From NCBI RefSeq assembly GCF_036321535.1, contig NC_087436.1, positions 104,410,001 through 104,474,000 of the forward strand: DNA of 64,000 nt. Reading direction: 5' to 3'. Below are positions 42,901-56,072 of the stretch, one piece after another (within the stretch, counting starts at the first letter, position 1; each line of letters begins with the position of its first letter). The translations under genes and the position numbers were made by a program. The notes under the pieces are model-generated. The model saw only the letters and a list, made by a program, of their open reading frames with translations, was not told where the DNA came from and searched no databases. This stretch comes from Camelus dromedarius. Taxonomy: Eukaryota.

Positions 42901-45900
42901 TCTACCTACATTTTGAATCACCATCATCTACCCATTACTGTGATAAAACACAAAAGCACTCAAAATAAACGCTTTGAAAACGTTTTCTGTCTTATCCCCC
43001 TCCCCAGGAATCCACAGGATTCCTTACAACAAATAATTATGGGGTAGGGGAAAAGGAGGCAGTTGTCCTTCCTGAACACTATCTGCTAAAGTAGCACATT
43101 TTCAGTCATTGTTTTCAAAGATGACAAGTTGCCCTGCTAGCTGGTAGAGCAGCACCGGCAGACGTGTCGGGGTCGGCTAAAGCTGCCATCACTCCATTTG
43201 CAGCGCTCTCCTCCGCAGCTGTGGGCACCTCGCAGCGCTCACTAGTGCGCACGTGGACTGTAGGACCCTAGCTCAGGGCCACCTGGGCTCCATAAACGAA
43301 GCTGCACTCCTCACGGACGCAACAAGTTCGGCATTTCCAGGAAAGAAGGCATCCACATCTTCCTGCTCATCTACACACTTTCCCCATAACCCGCTAACAG
43401 TTCAACAGAACAAGATCAGCCAACCTCATGGTATTTTTCAAAAGAGATTTTCTAATTTTCACAACAATTACTGACACAGCATATTCTACTCAAAAGATTT
43501 TTTAAATCTTTTATTATCATCAGAATCTAAAATATCTCTTAAAATACTTTCAAAGCAGTTAATCTTCATTCTTAGAGGGTGTTTTTGAGTTTTTAGTAAC
43601 CAAATGCATACTGGAGCCATATCTAATAATTAACATAGTAATTTATGAAATGTGCTTACTTCAAAACCTAGATGTGTGATTGGGGTTCTGCCTTTGGCCA
43701 CTGATCTCGGTTCTGGGCCAACTAAACTAGAATGTAGTTTCCTTTTAAACTACACTTTAGGAGGAAAAAAATCTCTGCAAGAAAAAGATGACAGGTTGCT
43801 CTCGCGCTGATGACCAAAGTAAATGGGACACAGTTGTGAAGAAACAAATGCCAGTAAGGTGAAAACATGAAACCCTGCACCCAGCAGGATACGCACCATG
43901 AGGCAGAGAGTGATGAAGCTGGGAGTAAACACGACAAATAATGATGAAAAGCCAAGCAGTGCTATTGATACCAGTAGGAAGAGTTGGACAGTCTGGGAGA
44001 AGACCACGACTAGACAGTGGCTAGAGGAATTTGGGGAAACAGTAACAGACGAAAGAGAGTCAACTCTCCCATTCTCTGAATCCACAGGTTCCTGTTCTCC
44101 GCCTGCATCACTAGCAACATTGTGTCTGTACTCACTGATGCTAAGAAAAGCAAGCATCCATCCCGAAAGTAGTTAACCCACTGGGGTGCGGGGTTGGGGG
44201 CTGCTTTGCATACCTTCTTTTAAAAGACCATTTCTAAGTTTAGTATCTTACAGTCAATTCAGAGCAGGAGCTATATATGTCTGACTCAATTTCCAAAACT
44301 TGGAGAGAAAGATGAATTGTGCTTATTATCTTTTAACCTCTTATTTTGGCAAAGATTTTTTCCACTTTTCAACTCCCAAGTGTAGAAAACTAATGTACAA
44401 ATTCCATTGCTATGAAACAATTTACCAGAAGTCTTCATTCTCTTGTTTTCTAGGGAGGAAGAACCTGTATTTCAAACACAATCTTAAAACACACATATGC
44501 TGACACTGCCCTACATTGAAGTTTTATTTTTTAATAATCCACCAGAAACTCTGATCATCTTCAATAAATCTATAAAGCAAGTGTCTGCTGTTACTAGGAC
44601 ACTGTAATAGGCAGAGGTACTAATCCAAGAAAAATAATACTTTAAATATTATCAAAATCCTCACAAAAACAGAAGCTCTAACATTTTGACCACCTTAAAT
44701 ACTTGTAACATATCTGATTTATGGGGGTTTTTTTTTCAACATTAAACTTCATATTTAACTTCTGAATTAAAGAAGTACCAATTAATGAAAAAGTCCTAAG
44801 ACAGAAGGAACGGGGAAAATGCAGTAGGTGGGTTTTAGTATGTATCATCAGGTTTTTGTACTTTTTCATTGCACAGGTCACCTTAATCAATGCAAAGAAA
44901 TTCCTCTGCAACTAGGAAATACTATAAATTTCTTACCCATGAGCCTTTAAAGTATTTATCAGGGCAAGTGTGCGCGTGTTTGTGTGTGAACCCCCCCCCC
45001 CAAATAACACAACAAAAAACAAGGTTTCATAGCTAATTAACTGTTCCCTTCCATCAGAGATAAAACTACTGAGATAATAATCCTGTTTTAGGTATCTGAC
45101 TGAAGTCTTCTCTGGCTGAGGTCAGTTGGCAATATAGATTGATAAGATTGAGTTTCACACAGTTTCCCAGTTGAGCATTACTAGAACTTAGGTTTGCAAT
45201 CCAGTACGCGTACATATCCTAGAAACATAAGTTTTTACAAAACTTTATTGTGTGACACATTCATGACATTTTCCTATTCTGTTCTTTTCTGCTTCATTTA
45301 ATGGGACGGGGAAAGGAGAGGCAGCAACTTATTAAACTGACTCCAGAATGGCTGCCACTGGCAGTTTGAAAACCACTGAGTTGATTAACACCAGAATGCA
45401 TGAGAAGGGGCAGTATACTGGATTACTCTGCTTGATAAAACGGACTTGGTTAATGCTGCTCAAAAGCTGCAGCTATTACGTTCTCCTTTTCTTCTCCACT
45501 CCTTAGATAATTCTCCTGTAATAACCTTCACTTCAAATGGAAAGGATGGTAGGGGTATCCTTGAAGGCAATACAGAGAGTATGGTATGTACCATTAGAAG
45601 CCACAGACTGGAACCTATCCTGATCACTTCTCAGCAAGGCAAAACAACATAAAACTAATACCACTTCTGAGGGACATCTGCGACATGGCAGGGGTACACT
45701 TTAGTGGAACTAAATCCAATCAACATATATACAGATGTGTATATATTTTGTTTATTTTGTATTTTTAAAAAATGAAACAGAAGTTTAAAAAAAGTACTCT
45801 TTTTTACATTCACTGCACTGATATTTTATTTTCTATTATAATACATGTCTTAATGCTGATAATAACACAATATATCAATTTCTTGATCCACTAATGTATG

Positions 45901-47789
45901 GGTTGAAACCTGCAATTTGAGAAACACAGCTTTAGAGGACACACAAACCTACCTAGCAGGATAAGAGGACCACAGGTAAATTACCAGTCTCTAGTGGCCA
46001 CCTTCTTTTACTGATGAGAAAAAGCTCAAATATTTGAAAACATCAGCAAAGAATGACTGTTTATTCAACTCTAGGAAGATCATAAAAGAAAGTATGAGAC
46101 TCAGGATAAGAAAAAATGTAATAGCATCATACCCCCCAAAAAGAGGTTCCTGATCTGGCATTTAATAATCATCACCACTGTTAATCTAACACTGGCTTCT
46201 TGCATGCTCAATCCTGCACTAAGTATGTATATCACTTATTTATATGTATATATACATACATAAACACATACATAAAATGCAATATATAAATTACATGCTT
46301 ATGGTATTCTATTTTTAATATATGAATTTATATTTTTTTCCACATCATCCTTACAACCCGTCAAAACAAAGTATTGCCAGATCTGAAACACAGGTTGGCT
46401 GGCCACAGAATCTGAGCTCTTAACCACTAAGCTACAACTCTTTCAAAGGGAAAGGAGTTCCCTCCCACCTCTGGCTGTGCATCAAGAATCCTCTGTGGCA
46501 TTAAAACAGATGCCCAAGTGCTATGCTAAAAAGATTTTTTTAAGTTGAGGTGGCAACTATTACAGAGAACTATATCTATACATTGTAAACTATGTATAAA
46601 TATCATCTCCAACTCATATCAGAAAAGATCTTTTTGGAGAAAAAATTCTGTTGTATTCGACATAAAATACCTAGTTCAATTTGATTAATAGGTAGTTGAC
46701 TTCACCTTGAACTTAACTAGACCACTATTATTATAGTTTACAATTTAGTATAAAGCAGTTTTGTCTTAGGTTTAATAACTAAATTCCATTAAGAATTTAA
46801 CTGCTGACAGGACAAAATGATCTTAACATAAGGTAGCCTAAGTGATAAAAATTACAGACTATACAAGTGTATTTCTATTAAATTTATACACCCATGATTT
46901 AATCTTTATCTTCCCAATATATTTTCCTTCATTACCTAAAAGATAAAGAATTCTGAATCTAATGTAACATTAATAAACTCAGCATTCTTCCTGGGTTGAT
47001 TCACTTCCACCACCCTTAAGAAAACACTTGGTAGCAAGTACACGGTACAAACTTAGGAAGTTTCCAAGGTTCTGAATAATTAAGAAGTGGTTTTGACTAC
47101 ATCACTCAAATAAAATGCTATGAACATAAAAACCTTAAAAGATTTGATGGTTAGGTGGGTAATGTGAAGCCTAGAATTACAGCTACTAGCAACCACAAGT
47201 AACAGTGGGACTACATACCACAAACACATAAAGGATTAATTGCATACGTATAAAACAATATCACACAACTAATAATCACTCATTTTCCTCTCAGTAAAAA
47301 TTCTTTGTAAAAGAAAAAAGCAAACTATTAATGGTCCAAGTAAAAATTACTTTGTTTGGTCAAATTAATACCTCAACTGAAGAATTTATCCAATTACTTC
47401 CTGTTTAAGCTACCACAAAATGACAGCACTGCAGAGAAACTAGTCTATGATGTAAACCAGAAATATAATTACAGACTAGCACATGAATAATCCCTAAACT
47501 ATTTGGTCAAAGAAATTATAGCCCCAAACTATTAAAATCTAGGGAAAATATCTACCCCGAATCTCCTATAACCGTATCTCAAAAAGGAAAAGAAGAAAAA
47601 AAATTTTAAGAAATCACTCAAGGTTGTGATATGTGATTTTTTAAAACAAAAAATACTTGCATTAAACCTATATCCACATTTGCAATCTAAATATTAAAAT
47701 ATCTTAAAATACGTGATAATTAAATATAGAATCATGAGCGTTCATTCTACCCATGACCTTGGGGTCACTGGAAGGTTTCTAAAGCATAC

Positions 47790-47806
47790 CTTTTAATCCA
47801 CGCCAT
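47790..47806 (-). CDS. RBPJ: RBPJ alternative N-terminus MAWIK(R): start codon and 17 coding nt of an alternative upstream exon
   Basis: Minus strand gtaccATG GCG TGG ATT AAA AG|gtatgc; strong Kozak context (A at -3, G at +4); AG plus the first A of the 39-bp exon gives Arg in frame; MAWIKR is an RBPJ isoform N-terminus that I recognise. Confidence 0.92.
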
Positions 47807-47972
47807 GGTACTTCAAGAACATGTTAAGGTAAGCCACAGGTTGGAACACTTCGATGCACCTCAAAACACCTCAGCCAGTGTATCTGTATCATTCTCCTTT
47901 CCTTTTGAGATCATAATGGTTCCGAAGAACTACAATGCTTCCATTTGAATGATAGTTTCATAATTTCAATAA
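47807..47972 (-). other. RBPJ: Probable 5'UTR part of the MAWIKR exon (whole exon 47790-47972, 183 bp)
   Basis: Strong 3' splice site on minus strand, ttattttttgtttttgtttttaag|TTATTG (AG at 47974-47973); implies splicing from a further upstream exon not identified in the window. Confidence 0.7.
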
Positions 47973-50900
47973 CTTAAAAACAAAAACAAAAAATAAGGAC
48001 TTAAGTGTTGTTATGTTAAGCCACTAGTGCGCTGTGTTAACTGCTCCCATGACTAAGAAAAACAAAGCAGCTGCTGCTGCTACTACTACGTAACACTGTC
48101 ATTTCTAATGTGACCCGCGTGTGAACGAGGAGGAGTGCATGCTTAGTGGTCAGAGTGGACGGCCTTTGCTTTTACTGAGGTCTATCCAAAGCCCACAGAT
48201 CTCTTTGCCCCAACTGATTCTTCAGTTTTCCTCTCAAGGAATGAAAATAACCTAAAAGACAGGTCTGAACACTTGGTAGGTGCCAGATCCACCTCAACTG
48301 ACCAGCTATTCTACTCTGTTTTGAATGAGAGCTGGAAATCACCCACATACCTGTATAAAAGGGAATCTGTTAACAGACACCACAGGGATTCCTTCAAACA
48401 ATGTCACTTCTGGTGTTAATATTATTGACTCATTTTAATTCCATGGAAGTCATTAAGCTGTAAGGAGATTCAGTTTCTAAAGCTTGCTTCTATGAAGAGC
48501 ATGCATATAAATGAACAGATAGATGGCTATCAGGTTTTAGTGCTGCTCTGTGATTGCCTTGGCAAGTTACCTGGTTCCTCCTTCCTCCTCATCCCACTAC
48601 ACCTTTCTTACATAAAACCATTAAAAACATCATTGTTTAAATGATACAGTAAGAATTCTACGTATCACATTTTAAATCTAAGAACTCACTCTACTTTTGC
48701 TTCAAGTTTGACCCTCAAGTTACAAGAAAGAAAGAATACGCAACTACACAAAGGAAGTAAAACTGATAAATTATCAGTAACACACACGTCCATTCATGTT
48801 GTAAAGCAATTAACATTACTTTAGGCTGACTGATAAGGAAATTTTTAATAAAAGCAAGCCATAAAAAGGGCTTCTAAGGAAAGAAAGTAGCTGGGAGAGG
48901 TTTGTTATACTCTGGGTTTGTGGAACAGCTTGTGTAAAGTTTAACAGTCAGGAATGGAAAATGACAAAAGTTTCCCAGCTAAAGCTAAAAAGTATGTGCT
49001 GGAGAAAGAGAAATTATTTCCTGTTTGAAAGGGTAGATTCAACTGATGAAAACCTCTCAATTTCACTGTCAGAAAAATTACACACTCCTGAGATTTAGAT
49101 TTATTGCACATTGTGGGGAATGCAGATTACAAAATGTAGGTCACTCTTCAGAAAGCTGATAATGGTGGCAGAACTGCATATAGGAAAACTCTACAGGGTA
49201 GGCGGGAAGAACTAATGAAGAACAGAAACAAGGGCCCTGGTCCAATGAAATAATTGCAACCACAACCATCTTTTTAAACTGATCATTTTACCACTTTAGA
49301 ACAACCCCCTGACCCTAACCCCTCCAAGCTTAAAACCTTTCAAAGCCTCTTTAACAATGTTACAATCTCCTGGAAGGACACTCAGGCTGTTTCCTATATT
49401 CTGCTGCTCCAAATAAATGCATCCTAAACACAACTATCAGGTTAATGTTCCTGAAGTACAGCTCCTCCCTTGCACATAAATAATGTTAGCCACTGGGAAA
49501 TAAGGTAAGATACAAATACATTAGATAATAAAGAAAAGAATAAAAGCCTCAGTCTGCAGCACTCATTATCTTTTAGTTTTCAGAACCTGTTCTACAGGAG
49601 AAAACTGACACTCTGTGGTCAACTTACTGATCCAAGAAAACATGCAACATGAGAAAAGTACTAGGACTTAAATTTAGATCCTATAGCTTTAATGTTAGCA
49701 CTTTTTCTACAAAATACTGCTGTAAAATATCGTTGGGGGATAGGGGTGTACTGGGGCCAACATCTGTTGACAATATGCAAAGAACCATGCTAGGCTTTTA
49801 GCGTTATTTTATTTCATCCTGATTGACCACTCATTAAAACTGACTAGTTGCCTTTCTTTCCCCCCTGCAGGTGAGGGGGTTGAGGCTCACAGAGATTTAG
49901 TACTAATCTGTTTAACATAATGCATCAGAGACTGAAAGTGGTGGATCAGATACTTCATCACACACGTCCAACTCAAAAACCCACACTGCACGTGCTGCTA
50001 TGCCAAGCTATCTCCCAGAAACAATCAGAAATCAAATCCAACACTTAAGCTTATTTTTCAACCTGGCTGATAAAGCAATAATCTAATTTTATAACACTTC
50101 TCATTCAAATGTAGTTAATATACATAGACAGATTTTTGGTTATGGTTTAGCAACAGACTGTGTGTACATTCACTAATGCCACTAAGAAAGGTCAGAATCA
50201 TATTTACTCACTCAAATCGGAAATTTCATTTTATTGCTACAAAGGAAATTCAGTTTTTTCATGAAGTTATGCACTTTAAGATCTTTTAAGGTTGATTTGT
50301 AAATCAAAGCAGCTATCAATATAAGCTTTAAGTGACAAAATAAAAATGAGGATGACAGTTATTTTCCTTAAGAGGACGCACTGCCATGTTTTCCCAAGTG
50401 GGCCCTGGCCCATGGTCTGCCTTGTGGGAAGCAAAACATTTACTAGCTGAGGGAAATGAGGCCATTCAGTCAGGTCATCAGGAATAAAAAAAATAAAAAT
50501 TAAAAAAGAGCAGATGGTCAACACTCTACTATGCTTCAAAACACGATTAAATTAAAAGAGTAACAAAAAGTGCTGAAAAATTCCCCAAATTAAGGACAGG
50601 AAACTCCAAAGGAACTTCAAATTTGAATAGAAACCATGTACTACAGTGCATTCCAAAACTAACTGCAGAAGTGATCAACAGAACTACGTCAATGTTTAGT
50701 AACAAGTTAGATGACTCAAAGAAACCACTTTTTAATTGCTGAAAGAAAAATTTTCAGTTACTATATTTAAGGGTTCAAAACTGTCATAGGAAGAAACTTC
50801 AATGGCCCTTCAAAAACTATCTTCATCAGTAACAACATAGCTTCTGTAAAATTCATTTTTAAGCATTAGATAAAGTCCAAAATAGTTGATCATAAAGGGA

Positions 50901-52629
50901 ATGTCCATTAGAAATTCTGATGCCCAACTACATACCGTTTAACTGCAGAATTAATGTATATTAAAGACCTACGCAGCTGTCTACAAAGCATTTCACTTGT
51001 TATAGAAGAAGCAGAAATACATTCTCACGCCAGTTGGTACAGCCTCCTTCACTGCGCTGTGTCCAAAGAGGGTAGCCAAGGTAGTGTTTTTACATTAATT
51101 CTCACAGGCTTATTACATATAAGAAATTTTAAAGAAAAATACCAAATAATGAATTAATGAAACAAAGTATTTTAAATTAGATATCAAAATTTAGGGGATG
51201 TGTTCTACAGACACTTGAATTTTAAATGAGTTTTGTCCACCAAGTACTTGGAAACAATTACATAAAATATGAAAATCACATAATAGGAATGTCAACTGTA
51301 AACTATTTTTTGCCACTGCTAACAAGGATTTCAAATCTAAAGTTAAACCTAGTTTTAGTAATTTTCAAAGAATAGTCTCAAGAATCATAAACAATTCTGA
51401 TTCCAATCTTGACAGTAAAACCTGACTCCTTTTCCAGTTAAACACTGGGGGTGAGAGGACATCACGCACCTATACAGCTCAGAGGCTAAACTCAGGATCA
51501 ATGAGGCCCAATAACTAAAAGACACTCTGGATCTAGCAACTGGTGGAAGAGGAATATTTAGCTAATTTTACTTTTGAGGAACTCCCAACCAGGGAAGCTC
51601 TTTTCTTAAAATGTATGTACTAATTTTTAGTAGTATCGATAAAAATTTCTATCAGAGTGCCTGATGCTAGTGCTGCCCTTAAAGTGGCAAACTGCCAGGG
51701 GTCAAATGGGATATGCCCGAATTTTTTGCTAGAATTCTAGATGGCATAGTATGGACAGGCGTAATTTAAACATAAATACATGCATGCATACACACACACA
51801 CACAACTATCCTTTCTGGACCGGTGTTAGCAAGCTGTTATCAGTTTGGGAGACCAAAACGTGGAAAGGGAGATGAAAGAACAGTACACTGTTCAAAGTGT
51901 GAGTTAAGAATGTTAAGGAAGAAAAGGTAGTGAAACAGTAAATCAGCTCATAACAAATACTATACATTTATTCAAAACAAGCAAATCAACAGAAGCTTCT
52001 TTCCTTTCTAGGATTTGAGAGGAACCTAAGTAAGAAACGCTAAAAAGCCTAAATCAAATTTACCTCTACTATCTTTTTTTTATGTATATGTTTATAAAAA
52101 TGGTTATGAGTGAATTTAGTTTCTCTGTATCATTTTCTTTCTCCTTGAGTTTAGTTGCTCAGGTTTCTCTTCGTTTACAATAAAATCTAAATTTTGATAG
52201 CTTGAAAAATTATGTGGTCATGGGTATAAAGAATGTGCTGATCAAGTTCTGGACTTGGGAGTCAGGAATCGTAGGTTAGAAAGTCACTAACTTCTGACCA
52301 AGTACAACTTCTCTGTAGACAATAACAGGAAAAAACTGCAGCTATATAATGCTTAAATAATACTTAAATGTGCAAGCACCTAGAACACTGCCCACCAGAG
52401 TAGTCACAGACACTTACTAACTTTGAAGACACAATATGAGAATCAGTTACTGCCAATGTCACAGTTCTAAAACCAAAATAAAACATTTTCCTGTGAGTGT
52501 TTTAACTTACTATTCAAGAAATGACTTATGCTTTAAGTTTAAAAATTTTCACGTTTATTTCAATTATGTGGGTGATATCCAATCTGTGGCTCTAATTCAT
52601 GTCTTCCAGCATGCTCTCCTTTCTCTTCA

Positions 52630-53440
52630 TAAATTCATTAGATCAACAAATATTTGAACACCTGCAATGTATCAGCTTTTTTAAGCACTGAGGATACTAA
52701 CATCCTTGGCAGCACAGCTCACGATGTAATTAGAATGTCAGATGGTGGTAAATGCTTTGGAAAGAAAAAAAGAAAGAAAGGATAAGGAAGTTGGGGGTGG
52801 GACGCAATCTTAAATCAGCCCTCACTGAGGTAATATTTGAGCAAAGATCTGAAGGAGGTGGTGAAAGGATTCCATTCAAAGGGAATGAACAGCAGGTCCA
52901 ACAGCCCTTAAAACAGGAGTGTTTCAGTGAGGAGACCAGTGTGGCTAGAACACGGAGACTGCAGGAGAGGGTATGAAGAGATGAGAGGTTACGTGAGTTT
53001 GCGTGAGTATGGTTGGGGATGTCCATGTACAGTCTTGGGGACACCACAAATCAGGAAAGTCTTAAGCTTTATACTGCATATTTTGAGTCAAGGAAGATCA
53101 AGATCTAAGCAGAGGAAGATCAGATGAATCTGATCAGCAGATGAACCTGGCTGCTGAGCAGAGAAAGATAAAGGCATCAGGGAAGAGGCAGTGGAGACCA
53201 GCTGAGAGACCACGATGACCATGTGGGTTAAAGATGACAAAACCTTACACCAGAGTGGAAGCAGTGGGAAGTGTCACAGGTGATGAAACCACGGGTATAG
53301 TTTAAAAAGAAAACTAACAACATCTGCTGACTCCAGGGATCACGGAGCTGAAGAACAAAGGAGAGCAATGGTGAGTCCAAGGTTTCTAGCCTAAGCAACC
53401 CAAACTGAAGTTACTTACTGAGATGGGGAAGACTTCAGGG
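52630..53440 (-). mobile_element. L2 LINE fragment
   Basis: caacaaatatttgaacacctg...aggtaatatttgagcaaagatctgaagga...ggagaccagtgtggctaga...ccaaggtttctagcctaagcaac...tactgagatggggaagact. Confidence 0.75.
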
Positions 53441-53484
53441 AAGATTAAGGAGGTGGGTCTATTTCTTTAATTTTGTCACTACAT

Positions 53485-53615
53485 GAGTTGATGGTTGTTC
53501 ACTAAACCGATTGTGGTAATCATTTCATGATGTATGTAAGTCATCAGTATGCTGTACACCTTAAACTTATTTAGTGCTGTATGTGAATTCTCTCTCAATA
53601 AAACTGGAAGAAAAG
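53485..53615 (+). mobile_element. L1M-type extreme 3' end fragment
   Basis: ttgtggtaatcatttcatgatgtatgtaagtca...gctgtacaccttaaactta...ctcaataaaactggaagaaaa; the same tail occurs at about 8313-8362. Confidence 0.7.
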
Positions 53616-54511
53616 AATACATTAGAAAAAAAGTAGGGGGATTTCAGCAGTTCAGTTTGGACACTAATAAACCGGATATGCTCAAATATTCTGAGAGTGT
53701 ATTACAGTTTATCAGAACTTTCCACAAAGAGTAGGGAGATGTGACAAGTCAATCTAGTCTATCTAGTTCTTGCTTGTAGTTGGATTTTTTTAAAATGATG
53801 TAAAAGCATTACTTATTGAACAATGTTCTAATAATCTTAGTTTTAATTATGCATCCTCTGCCATCTGTATCTATCAGTGTTAAATAAAACGTCATGTGGG
53901 AAAAATATTTAAGGCTGATGCTCTCTAGCCACTAAAATGATTCTCAATCTCAATCCCATAGATTAGAAATAATAAATTTAACAGACATTAATGGAGTGCT
54001 TCCCACATGCTAAGCATCCCCTTTAAATTACCAACTACCTTCTATTAGCTCATCTTTTACAATGAGGCTGAAAGAAACTAATAAACCTAAAGAGCTATCC
54101 TGTAATGTTAACCACCCTAAAACTAGTTTAAGAGTCTCCAAGGACTTCTTTTGATCTATTGCTTTAATTTTCCATTCCTATTCTTCATCTATATTTTATA
54201 TTCTGTTCATGCTTTTCAATTTGGCAATGCCAACTGTTACGCAAGTTTGATGTGCAGCAATTTGTGTGGGTTTATGTTTTAATAGGAAATGAACATGAAG
54301 GAAAATCATATGTTAACGAGTTCCAAATGTAACACATTTTCCTGAGATGGAGTTGTGTTGAAATCTATTTATAGAAGTCAAAATTTAGGCTGTGGACATA
54401 GAATTACAACTCGGCTAAAAAGAAATGAACTACAGAGAACTTGGAACATGAATATGTGTTTTCTAGGGAGTGATGACTAAAGAGAAAGGAACCTCTCAAT
54501 ATACTTACTCT

Positions 54512-54638
54512 CTGCTATGAACACTGGGGTGCAGGTGTCTTTTTGAATTAAGGTTCCCCCTAGATATATGACCAGGAGTGGGATTGTTAGATCATATGGT
54601 AAGTCTATTTTTAGTCTTTTGAGGACTCTCCATACTGT
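54512..54638 (-). mobile_element. Isolated internal L1 ORF2 fragment (about 125 bp)
   Basis: ctgctatgaacactggggtgcaggtgtc...ccaggagtgggattgttagatcatatggtaagtctatt, homologous to 56628-56726. Confidence 0.8.
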
Positions 54639-55249
54639 CACTTCTCTCATTTTAACTTAGAAAATTAGTACCACAAAGGAATCAAGATTTGTAGACACAA
54701 TTAACAGGTAACACCTACTTGATGGCAACTCATCCCTATTTTATGATACCTCTATCATGTTATTTCATCAGATGCAGAGGTTGTTTTATTTCAACTATTT
54801 AAAAGTCAAATTCTTTCAAAAACAGTTCTCCAGTCAACCAGCCTAGGACAAGTATTACAACACCTTCTCTGTTTGGGGCACTTGACAGTGTACATAATTC
54901 TATACATTTTACTCAATCCTCACAATAATCCAATGATTACATTAAAACTTCAACTCTAAATCCAGTTAACTTTATACTAAGCCTCTGACCACTATGGTGT
55001 GTCTACTACTAATAGGATAAGCATTTCGGGTCATTTTTCCAGTAGTCATGATATATTTGAGTTGTACAGAATAAGATCTTCTATAATCATCCCTGTGGTA
55101 GCAAACACTATTTTCTAACAGTGGACCTATACAAGAGTGCAGTGGTTTGTACTGTCTTATCAAACTCAGTTGTATTAGATCCACTCTCCAGTTACTTAGA
55201 AAAGGGAGACCCACCCCAACAACAAAAAAAACCCCACAAAAAACAAAAA

Positions 55250-55835
55250 AAACCAAATGCACCCCATGTATCTGCCAGCAGATGAATGGATTTTTAAAAT
55301 GTGGTACATCCAAACAATGGAATACTAACTAGTCTAAAAGGAAGGAAATTCTTGGAGGTAGGGGTAAAGCTCAGTGGCAGAGTGCATGCTTAGCATGCAC
55401 AAGGTCCTGGGTTCAATCCCCAGTATCTCTGTTAAAAAATAAATAAAAATAAACTTAACTGCCCCCCGCCAAATAAAAATAAATAAAAGGAAGGAAATTC
55501 TGACACATGCTATAATATGGATGAACCTTGCAGACATTACACTAAGTAAAATAAACCACACAAAAGGACAAATATTGTATGACTCCACTCATATGAGGCC
55601 CATAGAGCAGTCAAATTCACAGAGGTAGAAAGCAGAATGGTGGTTAACAAGGACTCAGGATAAGGTGGAATAGAGTTTAATGGGTTCAGAGTTTCAGTTT
55701 AGGAAGATGGAAAAAGTTCTGGAGACAGATGATGGTAACAGATGAACAACAACACAAATGCACCTAGTATCACTGAAATGTACAATGAAAAATGGTTTAA
55801 TATATTAAATTTCAAGTTATGTATATTTTGTTACC
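55250..55835 (+). mobile_element. Old L1 (L1MB-like) 3' fragment interrupted by a SINE
   Basis: atgtggtacatccaaacaatggaatact...atggatgaaccttg...aaggacaaatattgtatgactccactcatatgagg...cagagtttcagttt. Confidence 0.8.
55353..55483 (+). mobile_element. tRNA-Ala-derived SINE (camelid vic-1-like) with perfect 18-bp TSD
   Basis: agctcagtggcagagtgcatgcttagcatgcacaaggtcctgggttcaatccccagta; TSD taaaaggaaggaaattct at 55335-55352 and 55484-55501. Confidence 0.9.
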
Positions 55836-56072
55836 AAAAAAACTGACTATACTTTGTAGAAACATGTCAACAGTGGACAGTAAATCATCTTCTTCCTTAT
55901 ATTTTAATAACTTTTCACTTATTTTACCCCAAACCTATTTCTTATTCTATTTTTATTATTTTCATAAAAGGTGCCATCTATCCACTCAGCCAGTCACAGC
56001 ATTCAATCTTCTTCCTTCTCATTCTTAGCCACCAAGTCTTACAAACTGATTTTAACTCTATACCATGGCTTT

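Noticed and set aside
44208..44236. Donor-like AAG|gtatgc with a nearby ATG on the minus strand as another alternative RBPJ exon
   Set aside because: ATG GTC TTT TAA stops at once and there is no convincing polypyrimidine tract.
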